A DNA stretch of 16,866 nucleotides, from assembly GCA_031367385.1 (NCBI GenBank), contig JANLPS010000469.1, positions 1 to 16,866 on the forward strand, written 5' to 3'. The notes beneath the pieces are model-generated. The model was given only the letters and a program-made list of their open reading frames with translations. It was not told the DNA's origin and searched no databases. Source of the DNA: Archangium sp. GTDB taxonomy: Bacteria; Myxococcota; Myxococcia; Myxococcales; Myxococcaceae. A program made the position numbers and the translations under genes. Of this stretch, positions 7,715 through 14,484 are shown piece after piece. Every line of letters begins with the position of its first letter. Position 1 is the first letter of the stretch.

Positions 7715-8599
7715 CTAGGTTCCGGGGCGCCAAGTGGGGTTGATGCGCTCTCCAGTCGCCGCAATTGTCACCTGGGTCTCAAATCGCCTCGCCATCTCGC
7801 GAGCAGCGATTTGGGGGCTCTCTGAGCCGGCAGAACTCACGAGCAAGAGCTCGTCAGGCCGGCTGGCCCGGAGCGCGATTCGATCTCCGACGTCTCGATG
7901 CCGCACTTCGGCGACCCCGTAGGTCGCAAGGGCCGCCCTGAGATCTTGAAGCGTGCCGTCGACGCTCAATGAGCCATCGGGCAGCGCATGCGCCGCGTTA
8001 TCGTCGGCGCCGAGTCGTACCCGAACGTCGTACCTGCTCGACACCTGCTGCGCTGTTTTCAGGATCTGTTTGGGCGAAGCCGCATCGGTTTTGGCGAGCT
8101 GCAGGCTGGGTACGAACACCCCGCCGCCCGCCATGACGTTGGCTCCGGCGGGCAGGCCTGGGTGTCGGAGTTCGACCTTCGCCAGGTAAGGAAGCAGGAC
8201 CAACTTTTGCAAATTTTGAGCGATCGTGTCGGCAGCCGCCTTGGCTGGCTGCTCTTTCCCAGCGATGAAAACGAGCAAAGGTTCTTTGCTCGACCCCGCA
8301 GCACCTTTTGCAATGCCAAAGCCCGGGGGCAAAGAGGGGTGACTCAATTCAAGTACGAACCCCGCGGGCAGGCCAAACTGCTTATCGGCCACGACCGAAG
8401 CCAAGCGACCGACAGCCTCCATCGACGACTCGCGCGCGCCAGCGGCATAGACAACCCCAGCTCGGCCTCCGGTCGAAAAACGACCGACAAGGTCAGAGTT
8501 CATTGCAACCTTGTCGTTGAGTGAAGAGACCAGGGCTTTTTCAACAATCGAAGCGCGGATTGTACCGACCGCGAGGGGTCGTAAACCAATAAAGGCCAT
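7715..8599 (-). CDS. Hypothetical protein with degenerate internal repeats
   Basis: Long ORF with protein-like composition; GGAG Shine-Dalgarno just upstream of ATG 8599 (ORF track extends to 8632). Repeated strings LELSHPSLPPG / VELRHPGLPAG / AEVRHRDV. No family recognised. Confidence 0.7.
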   Translation of the reverse strand: MAFIGLRPLAVGTIRASIVEKALVSSLNDKVAMNSDLVGRFSTGGRAGVVYAAGARESSMEAVGRLASVVADKQFGLPAGFVLELSHPSLPPGFGIAKGAAGSSKEPLLVFIAGKEQPAKAAADTIAQNLQKLVLLPYLAKVELRHPGLPAGANVMAGGGVFVPSLQLAKTDAASPKQILKTAQQVSSRYDVRVRLGADDNAAHALPDGSLSVDGTLQDLRAALATYGVAEVRHRDVGDRIALRASRPDELLLVSSAGSESPQIAAREMARRFETQVTIAATGERINPTWRPGT

Positions 8600-8630
8600 A
8601 CACACTCCATAGCAGAAACTGCGAACCATC

Positions 8631-8655
8631 AAAACCTGTGTGCCTGCCTACAGGT
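8631..8655 (-). terminator. Possible weak intrinsic terminator after the small lipoprotein gene
   Basis: Minus strand ACCTGT-aggcaggcac-ACAGGT-TTT about 20 nt after the 8674 stop; short stem, large loop and short U tract. Confidence 0.25.
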
Positions 8656-8673
8656 ACCTTCAAGAGATCGATG

Positions 8674-9108
8674 TCACTGACATGGAGGTGTGATGGCCGG
8701 CGCCGATTCTGCTGCAGCCAGCGATTGCCCGTTGGCAGCGCCAGAAACACGCATTCGGTAATCACGAGAATTGTTGAAGCAGCCGGTCGAAGCCTCGAGG
8801 TCGAGGCGTGCCACCGTCGGCTGGCTCGAGCTTTGGCAGACGGCTTCACGCCAGCTCGCAGTGCTCGACGTGCGATAGTCAAGGCAGGTGGTGATCGACA
8901 GAGAGGCGGTGCCGGTACACGCGATGGCTCCTGACCCGACGATCGAACCGCCCACGGCTCCTCGGGTAGGGGCGCGTGCAGAGATTTCGCAGGTGACGGC
9001 TCCGGAGCCGCCTGTACCACCGCCTCCGCCTGCACCACCGCCCGCTCCGTCGCCCCCACACCCGGTGCCCAGAACGATGACAGCGCAGCACTGGAGAAAG
9101 GCCCTCAT
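8674..9108 (-). CDS. Small lipoprotein with Gly tether and 6-Cys beta-rich domain
   Basis: MRAFLQCCAVIVLGTG-C lipobox-like leader, GGDGAGGGAGGGGGTGGSG tether, about 105-aa domain with 6 Cys; GAGGAGG Shine-Dalgarno upstream. Confidence 0.8.
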   Translation of the reverse strand: MRAFLQCCAVIVLGTGCGGDGAGGGAGGGGGTGGSGAVTCEISARAPTRGAVGGSIVGSGAIACTGTASLSITTCLDYRTSSTASWREAVCQSSSQPTVARLDLEASTGCFNNSRDYRMRVSGAANGQSLAAAESAPAITPPCQ

Positions 9109-9205
9109 GTCAATCAGAGCCTCCTCGATGCAACTTGTTGCACCATTTCGAGCACCGCTGACGCAGTGATTCTTGGGCGCCCAACACGTTTCGCCGGGCG
9201 GGCGA

Positions 9206-11545
9206 CTATCGGTCGACCAGCTGCCAGGTCATGCCCCCGATATCGACCATCGTTGCCCGGCCGGTTGCCGGGTCAGTGTAAGTCACTGCAAACGCGGCAT
9301 AGGGTGGGCTCACTCGAGTCGGGCGCTGGGCCCAGGCGGTGCCATCGTACAGCCAGGTGTCGCGCGAGACGCCCGGCGTAAAGCCACCGTAAAGAACGAC
9401 TCGGCTCAGGTTCGCATCGTAGGCCAATGACGCGGCATAGCGGGCAGTCGGTTGGGGGTCGCCCGCTTTCGGCTCCCAGGTGCTGCCCGTCCACTCCCAG
9501 GTTTCACCCAGTGGGCTCGACGACGACCGCCCACCCATCAGCACGAGGCGCATTCGAACCGGGTCTGCCCCAAACCCGGCGAACGCGCGGGCTGACGGAG
9601 CCGCCGCGGGAGAATGCTGCTGCCAGAGGGTGCCATTCCACGACCAGGTGTCGTTGAGCAAACCGGTTTGACCGACGCCGCCGAAGAGCACGATTCGCCC
9701 CAGATTGGCATCGTAGCCCATGACGTGGCCCTCGCGAGCACTCGGCGAATCAGAGGGCTGAGCGGGGGTGACATTGGCCCAAACCGAGCCGTCCCAGGTC
9801 CATGTGTCGGCACGGTACGGAGACTGTGCCCCGCCGAACATCACGAGGGTGCCCCTTGAGGGGTCGAAGGCCATCGTGCACGAATACCGAATCGGGGGAG
9901 CCGCGCTCAATGAAGGCATGGTCCACGTGTGGCCGTCGTATTCCCACAGGTCGGTCTGAGGGTAGCCGTTACCCGCAGAGCCGCCGTAGAGAACCATTCG
10001 CTGCCGCGCAGAATCGAACGCGCCGCATGACCTCATTCGATACGGCGGCCTGAGTGGAATGGTGCGGCTCCACGTGGCGCCGGCGAGCTCATACGTCTCA
10101 TCGCGAAATTCGTAGTTGAGGTGGTAGCCACCGAAGACGACCATTCGGTTTCGAGCACGGTCAAACGCCATCGAGTGACCGGAGCGAGCCGGTATCCCCG
10201 AGGTCGCTACGGCCGACCAATTCGTCCCCGTCCACGCCCAGGTGTCAGACACGCCTGGGTTGCCGCTGTCGCTCAGCCCCCCGAAGACGAGCACTTGGTG
10301 GCGCTCGGAGTCGTACGCCATGGAGTGGGAGTACCGCGGTGCGGGCTCGGTCGTTGGCGCCACTTTTTGCCAATTTGACCCGTCCCACAGCCAGGTGCCG
10401 GTCACTTTCTGGCCGATCTGCGAAATGCCACCAAAGAGCACGGCCTGGCCGTTCATCTCATCAAAAGCCATGGACGAGTAGGCTCGCGCTTCGGGTGACG
10501 TCACCGGAGACTTCACCGTCCAGACCGAGCCATCGAGCTCCCAGGTGTCGTCGTAATACGTGCTGGCGTTGAAGCCGCCGAAGAGCACCAGTCGCTGGCG
10601 AACCGAGTCGTAGGTCATCAAGCATTCCAACCGAGCCGGAGGGCCGCTCGCAGAAAAGATCTGCGACCAGGTCGTGCCGTTGAAGGCCCACGTCTCGCCG
10701 TTGGTGGCCCCCGAGCGGTTGCCACCAAAAATCACCACCCGAGCATTCTTCGCGTCGTACGCAGCGCATGAACCATTGCGCGCAGTGAGCGCTGGTGGCG
10801 TGGGCTTCGAGGTCCACGACGTGCCGTCCCACTCCCACGTGGTGTTCAGGGGTGCGTTGCTCGAGTCGAGCCCACCGAACAACACTGTCTTGCCACGAGC
10901 GATGTCGTACGCCGCGACACTGTCTTGACCGACGGGCCCGGCCGCCGGCGAAATGTCGAGCCACAGCGGGCCACCGGCGTCGACCGGTGGGCCACCCGCG
11001 TCAACTCCGAGGCCGGCATCGACGGCCGAGCCTGCGTCGGTCGAGCCGGCGTCGCTCCGTGATGTACCAGCATCAAACATCGACGAGCCGGCATCGGCAG
11101 ACGAGGCCCCCGCGTCAATGGGCAAGCCGGCGTCGCCGTTCGTACCAACCCCCACGAGGGGTACGAGCAAGACTGGCGTTTGTCGTGAATCGGTCTCGAT
11201 TCGCAGTGACGCCGAAAACGCGCCGGCTCGCAGTGGCCGAAAGGTGACTGCAACGACGCGCGTCTGCCCTGCACCGATCTCGAACGAACCAAGCGATGGC
11301 ACCGAAAACGCCGGGGCCGCTAGGCTCGAATCGACCGACACAGCCGACACGTTCAGCGCCCGAGCCCCTGCCGCCTCCAAGGTGATCATGCGGGTAGCGC
11401 TCTCGTTCTGCACGACCGAGCCAAAATCGAGCTCCTGGGGGCTCGTCGACAAGGTCGCGAGCGACGGGCCGATTTTGTCTCCAGTGCAGCGAAGGCCAAG
11501 AAGCGCAACGAGGAGCGTCAGAAACCGAAGAACGAGGCGTGTCAC
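9206..11545 (-). CDS. Secreted (probably lipo-) protein: choice-of-anchor D/ASH-type Ig-like domain, DAG linker and 12 Kelch-like repeats
   Basis: Start placed at GTG 11545 (MTRLVLRFLTLLVALLGLRC; ORF track extends to 11626). SPQELDFGSV...VTFRP...LRIETD...VPLVGVG fits the Ig-like domain; 11 clear repeats P.R...M.[YF]D..R...VLFGG...TW.WDG..W plus a degenerate 12th. Confidence 0.88.
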   Translation of the reverse strand: MTRLVLRFLTLLVALLGLRCTGDKIGPSLATLSTSPQELDFGSVVQNESATRMITLEAAGARALNVSAVSVDSSLAAPAFSVPSLGSFEIGAGQTRVVAVTFRPLRAGAFSASLRIETDSRQTPVLLVPLVGVGTNGDAGLPIDAGASSADAGSSMFDAGTSRSDAGSTDAGSAVDAGLGVDAGGPPVDAGGPLWLDISPAAGPVGQDSVAAYDIARGKTVLFGGLDSSNAPLNTTWEWDGTSWTSKPTPPALTARNGSCAAYDAKNARVVIFGGNRSGATNGETWAFNGTTWSQIFSASGPPARLECLMTYDSVRQRLVLFGGFNASTYYDDTWELDGSVWTVKSPVTSPEARAYSSMAFDEMNGQAVLFGGISQIGQKVTGTWLWDGSNWQKVAPTTEPAPRYSHSMAYDSERHQVLVFGGLSDSGNPGVSDTWAWTGTNWSAVATSGIPARSGHSMAFDRARNRMVVFGGYHLNYEFRDETYELAGATWSRTIPLRPPYRMRSCGAFDSARQRMVLYGGSAGNGYPQTDLWEYDGHTWTMPSLSAAPPIRYSCTMAFDPSRGTLVMFGGAQSPYRADTWTWDGSVWANVTPAQPSDSPSAREGHVMGYDANLGRIVLFGGVGQTGLLNDTWSWNGTLWQQHSPAAAPSARAFAGFGADPVRMRLVLMGGRSSSSPLGETWEWTGSTWEPKAGDPQPTARYAASLAYDANLSRVVLYGGFTPGVSRDTWLYDGTAWAQRPTRVSPPYAAFAVTYTDPATGRATMVDIGGMTWQLVDR
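10968..11140 (-). repeat. Coding DAG tandem linker (9 copies)
   Basis: GDAG, IDAG, ADAG, FDAG, SDAG, TDAG, VDAG, VDAG, VDAG at 5-7 aa spacing; VDAGGP is duplicated. Boundaries approximate. Confidence 0.85.
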
Positions 11546-11714
11546 GGAGGGCGAGCGTATCGCGACGCCGTGCCGCTTTGGCGACCTTCGCGCAACAAGC
11601 CCAAACAACTTCTCGGCGCTCATCACGGCGCTCAGACCCCGGCCGCTCTATGAAGCGTTGGCCACGGTCGAGGAGCACGCCGTCTCGCCAGAACTTCGCC
11701 AGGGGTGGCCGGTG

Positions 11715-12143
11715 TCACGGTTGCCAGGCGCCTTTCGGGTCATCAGGGGCGGCGGCGTGCGGCACCTTGGCGCGTTCGCCTCGCGCGTTGATGGCCGCCA
11801 CCTGCTCTTTGTAGTCGCTGGCCAAAAGGTCGAGCTTCGAATTCAGCGCTGCTTGGCTCGCTGAAGTGAAGGCAACCAAAGCGGCGTTGTAGGCGACCGT
11901 GGCCGTGTTCACGTCTTTGCGGTTGCTCCCAGTCGGTCGGCGGTCGCCGTCGTCAAAACCCGAAGCGGAGGCACCTGTTCGGGGCGGGTTCTTCGCACGT
12001 TGGAGCGCGGTGCTCGCCGCTTCGAGGGCCGTCGTCGCATTGCCCAGGTCTTTGACCTTTTGCTGGACCTCTGCGACTGCCTTTTGGTGGGCTTGGGTGG
12101 GTGAAGCGACTGCTGCGGTGTCGACTGTTCCTTGGTTGGCCAT
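11715..12143 (-). CDS. Hypothetical Ala-rich helical protein directly downstream of the RHS core gene (immunity position)
   Basis: Strong AAGGAG Shine-Dalgarno before ATG 12143; 22 nt after the RHS stop; 142 aa with no Cys, signal peptide or TM segment. Confidence 0.75.
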   Translation of the reverse strand: MANQGTVDTAAVASPTQAHQKAVAEVQQKVKDLGNATTALEAASTALQRAKNPPRTGASASGFDDGDRRPTGSNRKDVNTATVAYNAALVAFTSASQAALNSKLDLLASDYKEQVAAINARGERAKVPHAAAPDDPKGAWQP

Positions 12144-12165
12144 GGTTCTCCTTGAGCGTGTGCCT

Positions 12166-14484
12166 TCACAGAGACTTGTAGAAGCAGAGCGTGCCCTTCG
12201 CCATTACACCCCGTGAAAACGCCCCAAAGCCGCCTGAGACCTCGTCGACGCCCGAGCGGGTACCAGGCAGGTTGGGCAAGCCGAAGGCAGGCAGTGTCGG
12301 CCGCCCGTCTGCGTTGAAGCCAATGTCGATTCCGATGCCGCCGACCCAAGGTGAAGACACGCCGCCCTCGGCGAACCACCCCTCGTACATTTCGGGCTTG
12401 CAGGTTTCTCCGGTCATGTTGGTGACCGCACCGCCACCGAACGAGGCGCCCACCGCGAGGCCTCCGCAGATCTTGTAGTAGCGAAAGGTCTTTCTCTGAC
12501 CGCACTTGTCCGTGCAGGTCACCGCCGCAAGCCCGCCGCCGACGCCGAAGTGTGCCTCGGCGCCGTAGTACAGCGTCGGGTTGAGAGGGGTGATTTGACG
12601 TGAGAGTCTCGCACCTCCGAGGCCCGCGGCCCCATTGCCCATCAAGCCCGTGGGGTCGGTGAAGCGCAACGGGTCGTTGAACACGAATGCGTACGTGTTG
12701 GGCCCGCCTTCGAGCCCACTCGGGTCAGACTCGATGTAGCGCCCAAGGCGCGGGTCATAGTCTCGAGCGTGGTTGAAGACGAGCCCAGTCTCTTTGTCTG
12801 CGTACTGGCCCGGCCCGCGCAGATTGAAGGTGAAGGCCGGTAACTCTGGGGCGGCGGTGCCGAAGGGGTCAGCGAGCCACCGCCAGCGAACGGCGCCGCC
12901 GCGGTCGACGATGACGCGAGGGGTGTCGAGGTGGTCTGCGTGAATGAAAAAGACTTCATTCTCGATGATGACAGCGATTGGGGTGTCGTCGAGCCACACG
13001 TACTCAGCAATCGCGAGGCCGGTCTGGTCGTACTCGCCGAGCAGGTGGCCCTGTTGGTCATAGGCGAAGAGCACGGTGCCGGCCTTCGAGCTCTTTCGTA
13101 CTCGCCGCCCCTGCTCGTCGTAGGTCGAGGTCGTCGAAAGGCCTGCGACGGTCACCTTCTTGAGTCGGTTCGCCTCGTCATAGTCAGCGACAAAGCGCCC
13201 GTCGCTCAGCGTGTTACCCACAGCGTCATACGTAAAGAGCTGGGTCGGGTTCGTCGCAGACGTGAGGCGGTTGCTAGTCGGGTCAACGACGTAGGTACGG
13301 GAGACTCCCTGAACGACCTCGCTGAGGCGGTTGCCGTTCGCGTCGTAACGGTAAAGGCCGCGGGCTTCTCCGCCTATCGAAAACTGGGTGAGCTCGCCAA
13401 GCGCGTCAGATGAGAACGACTGGTTCATGGCAGGCACAGCTGCCCCGGTTTTCGAATCAACATGGGTATACTCCTCGACACGCCCAGCCGAGTCGAAACG
13501 AACGTCACGAACCACGTCTCCGAGCGGGTAGCGAATCATTCTGCCCATAGAGTCGTAACTCTTGGGGTGAGGGAACGTGATCGCGCCGCGCGGGCCTCCG
13601 CCCCAGACCCATGATTCGATGGGTCCGAAGGGCGTGTACCGAACTTGACTCACGATTACAGTGTCCGGAGGAGAAACAACTCCGCGTGGCGCTCGCCTCA
13701 CCAAGGACACCCCGGTGACCCGCTCGGCGGTTCGGGTGAACGCAATCGAATACCCTGACGGGTACCCAATTTCGCGTACCGCACCACCGGCCGTGTACGA
13801 ATACCGCACGCCCTGTCGAACCGAGTTGGCATTCGCGCCTGAGGCAGGCTCAATGGTGCGCATCTCTCGTGCCAGGCGTCCGGCCGAGTCATAGGCGAAT
13901 GTTGCCGTCGTCTCGGGCGTCTGAGCAGAAGTCAAGCGCCCTACGCCGAACGCGAAGCCGGCACCCGTTTCGCTGTACCTGAAGGTCGTCGTTCGCGTTG
14001 ATGCGCCCAGTGCATTCGCCACCGAGGTCACCCGATTCGAGGCATCGTAGGTGACGGTTGTGACGGCGCCCCGCGCATCGGTCATCGATTTCACATTGCC
14101 AGCCGCGTCGTACACCTTCCGAGCGATGCCGGTGTCTGGGCTCACGAGTTGTGAGTTGCCCAAACCATCACGCTGGTACTCGGTGATGAGGGTGCGAGTG
14201 TCAGCCACGAACACGGTGCGGCCCTGGCCGTCGTAGCCGAACTGGGTAACACCCTTCGCGCCGTCGGTGACGGCAACAGGTTTGTCGAGTGCGTCGTAAT
14301 TCAAAGCAAGTGAGACTCCTGCGTCGGCAGACCATGTCAGCATCGTGCGATTGCCGGTCGCGTCGTAGGTCGTCTTGAGCGTGACGATGGGCGAGGTTGG
14401 CTGCGATTGCCCGAGCGAAACACGGGTCAACAAGAACAAGGCGAGCGATGCGACCCATCGAAGACTGCGAACGTGTGTTTTCAT
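12166..14484 (-). CDS. RHS repeat-associated core protein (C-terminal half of RHS shell) with its own signal peptide and a 158-aa C-terminal tip
   Basis: Leader MKTHVRSLRWVASLALFLLTRVSLG/QSQ; many YD repeats; core HADHLDTPR...FNLRGPGQYADKETGL..N.ARDYDP.LGRYIESDP.GL.GG.NTYA...NDP..FTDPTGL. Confidence 0.95.
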   Translation of the reverse strand: MKTHVRSLRWVASLALFLLTRVSLGQSQPTSPIVTLKTTYDATGNRTMLTWSADAGVSLALNYDALDKPVAVTDGAKGVTQFGYDGQGRTVFVADTRTLITEYQRDGLGNSQLVSPDTGIARKVYDAAGNVKSMTDARGAVTTVTYDASNRVTSVANALGASTRTTTFRYSETGAGFAFGVGRLTSAQTPETTATFAYDSAGRLAREMRTIEPASGANANSVRQGVRYSYTAGGAVREIGYPSGYSIAFTRTAERVTGVSLVRRAPRGVVSPPDTVIVSQVRYTPFGPIESWVWGGGPRGAITFPHPKSYDSMGRMIRYPLGDVVRDVRFDSAGRVEEYTHVDSKTGAAVPAMNQSFSSDALGELTQFSIGGEARGLYRYDANGNRLSEVVQGVSRTYVVDPTSNRLTSATNPTQLFTYDAVGNTLSDGRFVADYDEANRLKKVTVAGLSTTSTYDEQGRRVRKSSKAGTVLFAYDQQGHLLGEYDQTGLAIAEYVWLDDTPIAVIIENEVFFIHADHLDTPRVIVDRGGAVRWRWLADPFGTAAPELPAFTFNLRGPGQYADKETGLVFNHARDYDPRLGRYIESDPSGLEGGPNTYAFVFNDPLRFTDPTGLMGNGAAGLGGARLSRQITPLNPTLYYGAEAHFGVGGGLAAVTCTDKCGQRKTFRYYKICGGLAVGASFGGGAVTNMTGETCKPEMYEGWFAEGGVSSPWVGGIGIDIGFNADGRPTLPAFGLPNLPGTRSGVDEVSGGFGAFSRGVMAKGTLCFYKSL

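Noticed and set aside
9128..9145. Sigma54-like TGGTGC...TTGCA on the minus strand before the lipoprotein gene
   Set aside because: GG-to-GC spacing is 11 nt, not the required 10; kept only as a palindrome.
9206..10960. Roughly 150-bp periodicity that could suggest a CRISPR or DNA repeat array
   Set aside because: Similarity is at the amino-acid level (Kelch blades); there are no identical DNA repeats with unique spacers.
10953..11864. 303-aa plus-strand ORF with PAS repeats
   Set aside because: Antisense mirror of the DAG linker and Ig domain of the Kelch gene; long antisense ORFs are expected in GC-rich DNA.
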